Of a stretch of 64,000 nucleotides of DNA, positions 52,360 to 63,747 are shown piece by piece (position 1 is the first letter of the stretch; each line of letters opens with the position of its first letter). The position numbers were made by a program, and so were the translations under genes. Below the pieces are notes generated by a model. That model did no database searches and was not told the origin of the DNA. It saw only the letters and a program-made list of their open reading frames with translations. Source of the DNA: Squalus acanthias (Eukaryota); the NCBI GenBank assembly GCA_030390025.1, contig CM059440.1:52514001-52578000 (forward strand), in the 5' to 3' direction.

Positions 52360-53552
52360 CATAGAAACATAGAAGATATGAGCAGGAGTAGGCCATTCGG
52401 CCACTCGAGCCTGCTCCGCCATTCAATGCGATCATGGCTGATCATCCAAATTCAGTACCCTGTCCCTGCTTTCTCCCCATATCCCTTGATCCCTTTAGCC
52501 TTAAGAAATATATCTAACTCCTTCTTGAATAAATTTAATGAATTGGCCTCAACTGCCTTCTGTCGTAGAGAATTCCACAGGTTCACCACTCTCTGGGTGA
52601 AGAAATTCCTCCTCATCTCAGTCCTAAATGGCTTACCCCTTATCCTTAGACTGTGACCCCTGGTTCTGGACTCCCCCGCCATCGGCAACATCCTTCCTGC
52701 ATCTAGTCTGTCTAGTCCTGTTAGAATTTTGTAAGTTTCAATGAGATCCCCTCTCATTCTTCTGAACTCTAGCGAATACAAGCCCAATCGACCCAATCTC
52801 TCTTCATACGTCATTCCTGCCATCCCAGGTATCAGTCTGGTGAATCTTCGCTGCACTCCCTCCATGGCAAGAACATCCTTCCTCAGATAAGGCGACCAAA
52901 ACTGCACACAATACTCAAGGTGTGGTCTCACCAAGGCCCTGTAAAACTGCAGCAAAACATCCTTGCTCCTGTACTCGAATCCTCTCGCTATGAAGGCCAA
53001 CATACCATTTGCCTTCTTAACCGCCTGCTGCACCTGCATGCTTACTTCAGCGACTGGTGCACAAGGACACCCAGGTCTTGTTGCACTTCCCCTTTTCCCA
53101 ATCTATTGCCGTTCAGATAATAATCTGCCTTCCTGTTTTTGCCACCAAAGTGGATAACCTCGCATTTATCCACATTATACTGCATCTGTCATACATCTGC
53201 CTAATCACCCAACCTGTCCAAATCATACTGGAGTTTCTCTGCATCCTCCTCACAGCACACACGCCCACCCAGCTTTGTGTCACCTGCAAACTTGGAGATA
53301 TTACATCTAGTTCCCTCGTCTAGATCATTAATATATATTGTGAATAACTGTGGTCCTAGCACCGATCCCTGCGGTACCCCACTCGTCACTGCCTGCCACT
53401 CGGAAAAAGACCCGTTTGTTCCAACTCTTTGCTTCCTGTCTGCCAACCAGTTCTCTATCCAAGTGAGTACCTTACCCCCAATCCCATGTGCTTTAACTTT
53501 GCACGCTAATCTCTTATGTGGGACCTTATCAAAAGCCTTCTGAAAGTCCAAA
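52360..53552 (-). mobile_element. CR1 LINE 3' portion (young family)
   Basis: ORFs 52452-53039 and 53201-53557; 3' tail. Confidence 0.93.
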
Positions 53553-53844
53553 GGCACGGTTTAAAATGATCATGATACAAATGTCTTATGTTGTGCAATC
53601 TGCTGCTCCCTGGAATGCATTCCATTTCTATCTCATGTTTCACCCCTTTCAAATAATTTTGCTTAGTTTTTTTTGCGATTCTCATACAGACTCTACTACA
53701 TCTCATTCTTAAGAATAAAGACAGCCTCACAAGTTTAATTGGGTTTACAAGTGGTCTCACTCTTTTTGATCCTCAGCTTACTAAAGGTCATGTGACATGT
53801 TTCTTGTAAATGTAACATTGACTTCTCAGGACATTTTCCTATCA

Positions 53845-54160
53845 CTTTCGGATGAGACGTTAAACCGAGGCCCCGTCTGCTCTCTCAGGTGGACGTAAAA
53901 GATCCCATGCACTATTTCGAAGAAGAGCTGGGGAGTTCTCCCTGGTGTCCTGGCCAATATTTATTCCTCAATCAACATAACAAAAACAGATTATCTGTTC
54001 ATTATCACATTGCTGTTTGTGGGAGCTTGCGATGCGCAAATTGGCTGCCACATTTCCTACATTACAACAGTGACTCCACTTCAAAAGTACTTTATTGGCT
54101 GTAAAGCGCTTTGGGACGTCCGGTGGTCATGAAAGGCACGATAGAAATGCAAGTCTGTCT
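53845..54160 (+). mobile_element. SacSINE1/Deu-type SINE, 3' part
   Basis: Matches 38225-38540. Confidence 0.8.
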
Positions 54161-55817
54161 TTTTCTATTTTTTCCATTTCTGTCCTGTCTGTAATGACTT
54201 TCTGGAACACTTAACCTTGCTTTTTGAAAATCATATTTTTCTCTTTCCCGCCGACAGGCTGGCTGATTCTTGCCATGTGTCTCACTCCCAAAGTCGTCCT
54301 CTGAACTGAGTCACTCAGGTCCGTTCGGAAGTTGCTCTCTCCCTCCCAGGAAGTTGTATTTTTTAAATTGTTTTTCTGCTGCCTGACTGGCACCTCCTAC
54401 CACCTCTCCCCCAACCCCAAAATCCACCTGGTCCCTAATGCTGCTTCCTGGCGCCATTGGTCAATCATAGGTAGCCGTGCCTTCTGTTGCCTAGGTCCTA
54501 AGCTCTGGAATTCCCTCCCGAAACCTCCCTGCCTCTCTACCTCTCTTTCCTCCTTTGAGACGCTTCTTAAAGAGAGTGTCAGCTGTGGCTCAGTTGGTAG
54601 TGCAGCGGGCACAGAGTGAACAACTTTGGAGTTTGGTAAGTTTGGGAGTTTTAAGGGTTAATCTCTTTTAAAATCTAGTGTTAATTGCTAGTAGCTCTTA
54701 AGTAAGATCAACTGTTTAAGTTAAATTTTAAACTTTACATTTTTAAGTTTCTTTCAGGCTTAAGCAGAGAGAAACAAGCAAGCTCTCCTACTGGAGAGCT
54801 GCTGTAGTTAGTTAATTAGCTAGCTCGATTAAGCTGGTTCCTGAAGCAATAGCAGAGCAGTGCTGACCCACCTGAGTTACAAACAGTATAAATACAGGGG
54901 TCTGTGAGTGCAGCGGGCACAGAGTGAACAACTTGGGAGTTTGGTAAGTGTGGGAGTTCGGTGAAGTGGGGGAAGGAGGTGCTGCTTTGCTTTGCTTTTG
55001 CTAACTTCTCCTGCAGAGCAGCGGTGGACCTGAGCGGGAGCAGACCGAGGCCCGAGAGCGGGGATAAAAGCAGCAGCAGCAGACCTGCAACAACAAGAGA
55101 AAACTGCAGTGTGATGTCACAGGTAAGTGATTGGTAGTGACTGTGGGCTAAGTTTTAAGTTAACATATAGCATATAATTAAATTTTAAAACCTAAACTTA
55201 ATTTAATGAATTTAATAAACTAAACGAGGTAAATAATTTGATTAACACTAAACTAATTAATTAAATAAATTAAATAATGAGAGAACAGGAGATGTGTTGC
55301 TGCTGCAATATGTGGGATCTTGTGGACATTTTTGTCCAGGGCGACTACATCTGCGGTAAGTGTCTGCGGCTCGAGGAACTTCGGCTCCAAGTTGAGGACC
55401 TTTTGCTCCAGGAGGCAGCCATACCGCTTATATTAAATACTTTAGAATTGACATGTGGTCAGGGACAGGAGGGTGTCACTGCGAATGAGGCAGGTACGGG
55501 GATCCAGGAGGTAGTATTGCAGGAGCCTCAGTCCCTGTACTTGTCCAATAGATTCGAGGTTCTTGCAACACTTGTGGACAAGTGCAGGTCTGCGGGGAGG
55601 ACAAGCAAACTGACCACGGCACCGTGGTACAGGAAGCTGTTCAAGTAGGGGGGAGTAAAAAGGAAGATTATTGTAGTAGGCGACAGTATAGTTAAGGACT
55701 AGACACTGTTCTCTGCAGCCAGGAGCATGAGTCCCGAAGGCTATGTTGCCAGGGTAAAGGACATCTACTCCGGGCTGGAGAAGAACTTGGAGGGGGAGGA
55801 TCCATGTAGATACCAAT

Positions 55818-56032
55818 TGTCATAAATCGCAAGTAACAACTCAGGAAGTACTACTGGGCGGCCAGCTGGGGCGCCGTCCAGGGAGTATAAATACTCAGGC
55901 ATGGGCCCACCTTGGGCAGAGACAATCTGGAAACAGGAAGCTAGTGACTGCTAACTAGACCTCCATGTTTTGTTACAAGTTGATTAAAGCCTTGCTTTAT
56001 GTTCAAGTGCGTAGTGAGTCTTTATTACGTCA
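55818..56032 (+). repeat. 5' LTR (TATAAATA 55886-55893, ATTAAA 55983-55988)
   Basis: Identical to 60113-60327. Confidence 0.97.
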
Positions 56033-56033
56033 A

Positions 56034-56046
56034 TTTAATCAACTTG
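56034..56046 (+). other. Non-tRNA primer-binding site complementary to LTR 55976-55988
   Basis: TTTAATCAACTTG is the reverse complement of CAAGTTGATTAAA; no TGG after the LTR. Confidence 0.7.
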
Positions 56047-56132
56047 ATATCGTCTCCACGCTTTGGGTGATTCGGAACAACCAGCTGCAACTCGAACCAC
56101 AGAAGGGAACTTGGGCAAGAAACTGATCCATC

Positions 56133-59100
56133 ATGGAAAAACTCCTTAGACCCGCTCGTCTCGACCTGGACCCGAATGCACCTGCGGCAGCAAAGGTATG
56201 GAAGCATTGGTTTCGTACCTTTAGCAACTTTCTTGAAGAATGTGGGGCGGATGTCCCTAATAAGTTACGAATGCTTATCAACTACGTGTCTCCTCATGTG
56301 TATGATTATATTGAGGACTGTATAGACTATGACACTGCTATCGAAATCTTACAGCAGCTATATGTCAAGTCCCCAAATGAAATCTTTGCTCGACACCTAC
56401 TGGCCACAACTCGGCAGCAGCCTGGGGAATCACTCGATGAATTTCTCCAGAAACTTCGCAGGCTCAGCAAGGATTGTAACCTTAAAGCAGTTTCAGCTGA
56501 ACAGTATCAAGAGGAACTAATCCGCGATTCCTTTATCAATGGAATCGCGTCCCCTTTTATACGTCAGCGCCTGCTGGAAAATAAAACCCTCAATTTACGG
56601 GCTGCTTATGACCAGGCGTGTTCCTTGGACTTGGCCAAGAAAAATGCAGACACTTATCTCCCACCACGTGCACGGGCGGCGGCTATCTCCTTTAATGAGT
56701 CTTTCGGTAGGTCTCGGGCGGATGCCCCCACTGATGTTGACTCTACTCTAACAGACGACGACCCTACCCTAGAGGCCTTCGCTGATGACGACCCCGCCCT
56801 AGCAGCATCCTGGCAATCAGGAAGAAAGTGTTTCTTTTGTGGAGGGGCGTGCCATCACAGAAAATTTTGCCCGGCTCGTAATGTGACCTGCAATCATTGC
56901 AGCAAGAAAGGACACTTTTCCAAGGTATGCCAGTCACGGGCCTTTGCTAACAAGAAAGGCCGCTCCTCTAAAGTATACCGGTCGAGAGCTCTTGTTAGCT
57001 TCACAGCTGCTATCTATGGAGCTGCTCCTCCCCCAAGAACTACTGTTAAGGCTACAGTTGCCGAAGGGAAAATTGCCCCTCCTCCCATCACGGCTGTTTT
57101 TCCCCAAAGTTTGTCCCATGCAGCCACGAAGGTTTCAGTAAATGGGCACACTCTAAGTGCGCTAATCGACTCCTGCAGCTCTGACAGCTTCATTAGTAAG
57201 CGGGCTGTCAACAGGTTAAAACTGCACATTTATCCCTCGGACAGGGAGATTGCAATGGCTCTGACGACTCTGACCACCAATTCTTCTGGCTTCTGTCTGG
57301 TCAACCTCATCCTCAACGGCCGCACATATCTCTCCACCCGGCTCGGAGTACTCGCAAACTTATGCAGCGATGTGCTTCTGGGACAGGACTTCCAGAAGCA
57401 GCACAAGAAGATCACTTTTGAGTTTGGAGGGTCAAGGCCGGAGCTTACCATTTCTAAGGTGCCGTTTTGTGCACTCTCGGCGGCCTTACTCGGTGAACCC
57501 TCCCTGTTTGCCAATCTTCCCCCCCGCTGTAAACCCATAGCCACCAAATCGCGGCGCTTTAGCCAAGACGATCGAGCGTTTATTGAGGCGGAAATCTCTC
57601 GCCTTTTAGTCGACGGTATTATCGAGCCATGTTCATCTCCCTGGCGGGCTCAGGTCGTCATCGTGAGGAATCCCTTAAAACAACATAAAAAACGTCTGTG
57701 TATCGATTATTCGCAGACTATTAATCTATATACCGATCTGGATGCCTACCCGCTGCCACGCATAGATGACATGGTCAACAACCTTGCCAAATACAAGGTA
57801 TTCTCGACCTTCGATTTAAAAAGCGCGTACCATCAGGTGCCACTGCAAGACTCCGACAAGAAGTATACGGCCTTTGAGGCCAATGGTCGGCTTTTCCAGT
57901 TTCGCCGCCTTCCATTCGGGGTCACCAATGGGGTGGCCGTCTTCCAACGGGCCATGGATGGCCTAGTCTGGCAAGAGAACTTGACGGATACCTTTCCGTA
58001 TGTAGACAATATCACTATTGCCGGCCATGATCAAAAGGAGCATGACGCCAATCTTCAGAGATTTTTTGACGTACTCCGCCGTCGCCACTTAACGTTAAAC
58101 GAATCCAAATCGGTGAAGTCGGTGCCATCGGTGAACATTCTTGGCTACTGGGTGGGCAACGGTGTTATTAAACCGGACCCAGAGCGACTTCGTCCACTTC
58201 AGGAGCTCCCTCCCCCGACGAACCTCGGCTCTCTTCGTCGGGCACTTGGCATGTTTGCTTATTACGCAAAATGGATACCACACTTCTCCGATAAAATACA
58301 GCCCCTGCTCCATGCGAAGTCTTTTCCATTGGAAGCTATGGCTATTTCTGCCTTCAACCTCCTCAAACGACAGCTGGAGAAAGCCACGCTTCGCTCCATT
58401 GACGAAAATCTTCCTTTTGTGGTCGAATGCGATGCATCGGAGGTGGCGATCTCCACTACCTTGAATCAAGGTGGCCGACCCGTGGCATTCCTATCCAGAA
58501 CCTTGCAGGGTAGCGAGCTCCATTACCCCCCCGTCGAGAAGGAGGCTACGGCCATCATCGAGGCTGTACGCCAATGGGGTCATTTTCTTGCTCGGCGTCA
58601 TTTTACGCTTATAACTGACCAGCGCTCTGTGGCCTTCATGTTGGATAACCGGAGGCGCACGAAAATCAAAAATAATAAAATTCAACTCTGGAGGATGGAG
58701 CTGGCTGCCTTTGGATATACTATCTGTTACCGACCCGGCAAACAGAACGTGGCCCCAGATACCTTCACACGGGCATTTTGCTCCTCAATGTCAACGTCGA
58801 CTCTGGCGGATTTGCATATGGACTTATGCCATCCTGGTGTGACCCGCATGTTGCACTTTGTGCGCTCCAAAAATCTACCATTTTCAACCGAGGACGTAAA
58901 GAAAACATGCTCCTCCTGTAGGATTTGTGCAGAATTGAAACCACAATTCTTCCGCCCATCAGATGGCTTACTCATACATGCAATGCAGCCTATGCAGAGG
59001 CTCAGCATAGACTTTAAAGGGCCATTGCCTTCGTCGACAAGGAACACCTACCTACTTACGATGGTGGACGAGTATTCACGCTTTCCCTTCGCCTTCCCCT

Positions 59101-60074
59101 GCCCTAATATGCTTACCTCTACGGTAATTAAATGCCTCGATCAGGTCTTTTCCCTTTGCGGGACGGCCAATTTTATCCACACTGATCGGGGTCCCTCCTT
59201 TATGTCGAGTGAACTTAAAAGTTATCTCTCCCAACGGGGAATCGCCTCAAGTAGGACGACACCATATCACCCAATCGGTAACGGACAGGTTGAACGATAC
59301 AATGCCATCATCTGGAACGCTGTCCGTCTGGCACTAAGGTCACGCAACCTGCCGGACCAGCAGTGGGAAACGGTGCTCCCCGACGCGTTACACTCTATCA
59401 GGTCTCTTCTCTCCACATCTACTAATGTCACGCCTCATGAGCGATTCTTCAAATTCCGGCGTCGCTCTACACATGGGACGTCTCTACCGTCATGGTTGGT
59501 GGCTCCAGGCCCGGTGCTACTCCGGAGGTTCGTCCGGTCTGCCAAAAACGACCCTCTCGTTGACGAGGTGGAGTTAACGGAGGTAAACCCCACGTATGCG
59601 CACGTACGGTACCCTGATGGCCGGGAGACCACCGTCTCGCTCCGAGATCTGGCTCCCTGCCCAACCGGTCACACGGGCCCGAATGATGAAGGATCCCCCG
59701 ACAATGATATCAACACTCCGCACCCCTATGAAAATGACGCCCCGCCTGGGACATCAGGGGATCTGCCGGCAACGCTACCGGATCAACTCAGGGAGCTGGA
59801 CGCTCCCCGCAGGATGGCCACCCGAAACCAGGACGCCGGACAATCTCCAGCCACGACCCGGGATGAGGCCAGCTCAGCACCTGTGGGGACCCGCACCCGG
59901 AGTCATGATATTCCCAGTCCTCCACAGGATGATCAAGATGACGCGGACTCTACTGACTTACCGGTACGGGCCAAGCGACCCAGGGACCAGGACACGGTCC
60001 GGGGAGACGTGCCTTCCAGTCACAAGCAGAGAGCTAAACGTCTGCGGCTATTTCTGGTCCGCCTAGTCCGTTAA
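56133..60074 (+). CDS. Gag-Pol polyprotein (Gag with two Zn knuckles, protease, RT, RNase H, integrase), 1313 aa
   Basis: CFFC..H..CPA and CNHCSKKGHFSKVC; LIDSCSS; FDLKSAYHQ, LPFG, YVDN; ECDAS, EKEA, TDQ; HHCC, IDFKGP, TDRG, GQVER. Confidence 0.96.
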   Translation: MEKLLRPARLDLDPNAPAAAKVWKHWFRTFSNFLEECGADVPNKLRMLINYVSPHVYDYIEDCIDYDTAIEILQQLYVKSPNEIFARHLLATTRQQPGESLDEFLQKLRRLSKDCNLKAVSAEQYQEELIRDSFINGIASPFIRQRLLENKTLNLRAAYDQACSLDLAKKNADTYLPPRARAAAISFNESFGRSRADAPTDVDSTLTDDDPTLEAFADDDPALAASWQSGRKCFFCGGACHHRKFCPARNVTCNHCSKKGHFSKVCQSRAFANKKGRSSKVYRSRALVSFTAAIYGAAPPPRTTVKATVAEGKIAPPPITAVFPQSLSHAATKVSVNGHTLSALIDSCSSDSFISKRAVNRLKLHIYPSDREIAMALTTLTTNSSGFCLVNLILNGRTYLSTRLGVLANLCSDVLLGQDFQKQHKKITFEFGGSRPELTISKVPFCALSAALLGEPSLFANLPPRCKPIATKSRRFSQDDRAFIEAEISRLLVDGIIEPCSSPWRAQVVIVRNPLKQHKKRLCIDYSQTINLYTDLDAYPLPRIDDMVNNLAKYKVFSTFDLKSAYHQVPLQDSDKKYTAFEANGRLFQFRRLPFGVTNGVAVFQRAMDGLVWQENLTDTFPYVDNITIAGHDQKEHDANLQRFFDVLRRRHLTLNESKSVKSVPSVNILGYWVGNGVIKPDPERLRPLQELPPPTNLGSLRRALGMFAYYAKWIPHFSDKIQPLLHAKSFPLEAMAISAFNLLKRQLEKATLRSIDENLPFVVECDASEVAISTTLNQGGRPVAFLSRTLQGSELHYPPVEKEATAIIEAVRQWGHFLARRHFTLITDQRSVAFMLDNRRRTKIKNNKIQLWRMELAAFGYTICYRPGKQNVAPDTFTRAFCSSMSTSTLADLHMDLCHPGVTRMLHFVRSKNLPFSTEDVKKTCSSCRICAELKPQFFRPSDGLLIHAMQPMQRLSIDFKGPLPSSTRNTYLLTMVDEYSRFPFAFPCPNMLTSTVIKCLDQVFSLCGTANFIHTDRGPSFMSSELKSYLSQRGIASSRTTPYHPIGNGQVERYNAIIWNAVRLALRSRNLPDQQWETVLPDALHSIRSLLSTSTNVTPHERFFKFRRRSTHGTSLPSWLVAPGPVLLRRFVRSAKNDPLVDEVELTEVNPTYAHVRYPDGRETTVSLRDLAPCPTGHTGPNDEGSPDNDINTPHPYENDAPPGTSGDLPATLPDQLRELDAPRRMATRNQDAGQSPATTRDEASSAPVGTRTRSHDIPSPPQDDQDDADSTDLPVRAKRPRDQDTVRGDVPSSHKQRAKRLRLFLVRLVR

Positions 60075-60100
60075 AGGAAGACTGGACTTCCAAACCTTTT

Positions 60101-60112
60101 AGGGAGGAAGAA
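60101..60112 (+). other. Polypurine tract
   Basis: AGGGAGGAAGAA abutting the 3' LTR. Confidence 0.9.
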
Positions 60113-60327
60113 TGTCATAAATCGCAAGTAACAACTCAGGAAGTACTACTGGGCGGCCAGCTGGGGCGCCGTCCAGGGAGTATAAATACTCAGGCATGGG
60201 CCCACCTTGGGCAGAGACAATCTGGAAACAGGAAGCTAGTGACTGCTAACTAGACCTCCATGTTTTGTTACAAGTTGATTAAAGCCTTGCTTTATGTTCA
60301 AGTGCGTAGTGAGTCTTTATTACGTCA
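60113..60327 (+). repeat. 3' LTR
   Basis: Identical to the 5' LTR. Confidence 0.97.
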
Positions 60328-63300
60328 CCAATGACATAGGTAGGACTAAGAAAAAGGTTCTACTGAGAAAGTTTGAGCAGCTAGGGACTAAATTAAAAAG
60401 CAGAACCACAAAGGTAATAATCTCTGGATTATTACCTGAGCCACGAGCAAATTGGCATAGGGTAAATAGGATCAGGGAGATGAATGCATGGCTCAAAGAT
60501 TGGTGTGGGAGAAGTGGGTTTCCATTCGTGGGGCACTGGCACCAATACTGGGGAAAGAGAGAACTGTTCCATTGAGACGGACTACACCTGAACCATGCTG
60601 GGACCAGAGTTCTAGCAAATCGAATAACTAGGGAGGTAGATAGGGCTTTAAACTAAATAAGGGGAAGGAGGGTCCCGGTGGAGAGAAATCTAGAATGCTA
60701 AAGAGAAAAGACAAGGAAGCAGTGCAGGAAAGTGATTGGGGTAAGGATAACCAGATTGTGTTAGGAAGGGACAGAGCGTACAAACAAAGGAGTGCACTAA
60801 CAAATAGGGTCCAGGTAAGAAAAAATGGTAATAAGACAAATAGGGCCATAGTACAAAAAAAGTTAAGACGTCTAAAAATGTTAAAGACAAATCTAAAGGC
60901 ACTGTATCTGAATGCACGAAGTATTTGTAATAAGGTAGACGAATTAACAGCACAAATAGATGTAAACAGATACGATATAATTGCAATTACGGAGACATGG
61001 CTGCAGGGTGACCAAAGCTGGGAGCTGAATATCCAAGGAGATTCGATATTTAGGAAGGACAGGCAAAAAGGAAAAGGAGGCGTTGTTAGTAAAGGATGAA
61101 ATCAGAGCAATAGTGAGAAAGGATATTGGCTCAGAAAATCAAGATGTAGAATTAGTCTGGGTGGAGCTAAGAAGCACCAAAGGGCAGAAAATACTGGTGG
61201 GAGTTGTCTATAGGCCTCCAAACAGTAGTGGTAATGTAGGGGATGGCATCAAACAGGAAATTAGAGATGCATGTAACAAGGGTACTACAGTAATCATGGG
61301 TGACTTTAATCTACATATATACTGGCTAAACCAAATTAGCAATAACACTGTGGAGGATGAATTCTTGGACTGTGCACGAAATGGTTTTTTGGAATAGTAC
61401 ATTGAGGAGCCAACTAGGGAACAGGCTACCCTAGATTGGGTATTGTGCAATGAGAAGGGGTTAATTAATAATCTTGTTGTGCGGGGTCCTTTAGGGAAGA
61501 GTGACCATAACATGTTAGAATTCATCATTAAGATGGAAAGTGAAGTAGTCCAATCGAAACTAGTGTCCTAAATCTAAACAAAGGGAACTACGAAGGTATG
61601 AGGAGGGAGTTGGCTATGATAGATTGGGGAGCTTTATTAAAAGGCATGATGGTGGATAGGCAATCGCTAACATTTAAGGAACGAATGCATGAATTGCAAC
61701 AGTTATACATTCCTTTCTGGCGCAAAAACACAAAAGGAAAAGCGGCCCAACCATGGCTAACAAAATAAATTAAGGATACTATTAGATTCAAAGAGGAGTC
61801 ATATAAAGTTGCCAGAAAAAGTATCAAGCCTGAGGATTGGGAGCAGTTTAGAATTCAGCAAAAAAGGACCAAGAGATTGATTAAAAGGGGAAAAATAGAG
61901 TATAAGAGTAAACTTGCAAGGAACATAAAAGCGGACTGTAAAAGCTTCTACAAGTATGTAAAAAGAAAAAGATTATTGAAGACAAATGTAGGTCGCTTAC
62001 AGTCAGAAACAGAAGAATTTATAATGGGGAACAAGAAAATGGCAGAGCAATTAAACAAATACTTTGGTTCTGTCTTCACAGAAGAGGACACAAATAAATT
62101 CACAGAAATGCTAGGGAACCAAGGGTCTAGTGAGAAGGAGGAATTAAAGGAAATTAGTATTCGTAAAAAAATAGTGCTGGAGTAATTAATGGGACTGAAA
62201 GCCGATAAATCCCATGGGCCTGATAATCTGCATCCCAGAGTACTAAAAGAAATAATGGACGCATTGGTTGTCATCATCCAAAATTCTATAGATTATGGAA
62301 CAGTTCCTGCAGATTGGAGAGTGCCAAATGTAACCCCACTATTTAAAAAGAGAGGGAGAGAGAAAACAGGAAACTACAGACCGGTTAGCCTAACATCAGT
62401 AGTAGGGAAAATGCTAGAGTCTATTATAAAGGATGTGATAACAGGACACTTAGAAAATATCAACGGGATTAGACAAAGTCAACATGGATTTATGAAAAGG
62501 AAATCGTGTTTGACAAACCTCCTGGAGTTTCTTGAGGATGTAACTGGTTGAATAGATAAGGGAGAACCAGTGGATGTAGTGTATTTGGATTTTCAGAAGG
62601 CCTTTGTTAAAGTCCCACATAAGAGGTTAGTGTGCAAAATTTAAGCACATGGGATAGGGGGTAATATACTGGCATGGATTGAAAATTGGTTAACAGACAG
62701 GAAACAGAGAGTAGGCGGTGATTAGTGGGGTACCGCAGGGATCAGTGCTTGGGCCCCAGCTATTCACAATATATATCAATGATTTGGATGAGGGAACCAA
62801 ATGTAATATTTCCAAGTTTGCTGATGACACGAAACTAGGTGGGATTGTGAGTTGTGAGGAGGATGCAAAGAGGCTTCAAGGCGATTTAGACAAGTTGAGT
62901 GAGTGGGCAAATACATGGCAGATTCAGTTTAACGTGGATAAATGTGAAGTTATCCACTTCAGTAGGAAAAACAGAAAGGCAGAGTATTATTTAAATGGGG
63001 ATAGATTGGGAAATGTTGATGTACAAAGGGACCTGGGTGTCCTTGTACACCAGTCACTGAAAGCAAACATGCAGGTACAGCAAGCAGTTAGGAAGGCAAA
63101 TGGTATGTTTGCCTTCATTGCAAGAGGATTTGAATACAGGAGCAAGGATGTCTTACTACAGTTATACAGGGCCTTGGTAAGACCACACTTGGAGTACTTT
63201 GTGCAGTTTAGGTCTCCTTACCTAAGAAAGGATATGCTCGCCATAGAGGGAGTGCAGCGAAGGTGCACCAGACTGATTCCTGGGATGGCAGGACTGTTGT

Positions 63301-63747
63301 ATGAGGAGAGATTGGGTCAACTAGGCCTGTATTCAATAGAGTTTAGAAGAATGAGAGGAGATCTCATTGAAACGTATAAAATTCTGACAGGGCTAGACAG
63401 ATTGGATGCAGGGAGGATGTTTCCCCTGACTGGGGGGTCCAGAACGAGGGGTCACAGTCTCAGGATACGGGGTAGGACATTTAGGACTGAGATGAGGAGA
63501 AATTTCTTCACTCAGAGGGTGGTGAACCTGTAGAATTCTCTACCACAGAAGGCTGTGGAGGCCAAGTCGCTGAATATATTTAAGAAGGAGATAGATAGAT
63601 TTCTAGACACAAAAGGCATCAAGGGGTATGGGAAGAGAGCAGGAATATGGTATTGAGATAGAGGATCAGCCATGATCATATTGAATGGCGGAGCAGGCTC
63701 GAAGGGCCGAATGGCCTACTCCTGCTCCTATTTTTCTATGTTTCTAT

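Larger units (their letters stand above)
55818..60327 (+). mobile_element. Intact Ty3/Gypsy LTR retrotransposon (4510 bp)
   Basis: Identical TG..CA 215-bp LTRs, 5-bp TSD CCAAT, PPT AGGGAGGAAGAA, domain order PR-RT-RH-IN. Confidence 0.97.
54601..63747 (+). mobile_element. Full-length degenerate CR1 LINE inserted in a SINE head and interrupted by a Gypsy element
   Basis: ORF1 from 55277 (CCCC..CGKC, VGDSIV, TNDIG split at 55817/60328), fragmented ORF2, (TTCTATGT) tail; SINE halves at 54577-54600 and from 63748. Confidence 0.92.

Noticed and set aside
501-63533. Many recurring 60-200 aa antisense or alternative-frame ORFs (e.g. MITVLPLLHA.., MPPKWITSHL..)
   Set aside because: They are shadows of CR1, L2 or Gypsy coding sequence and recur only because the TEs recur
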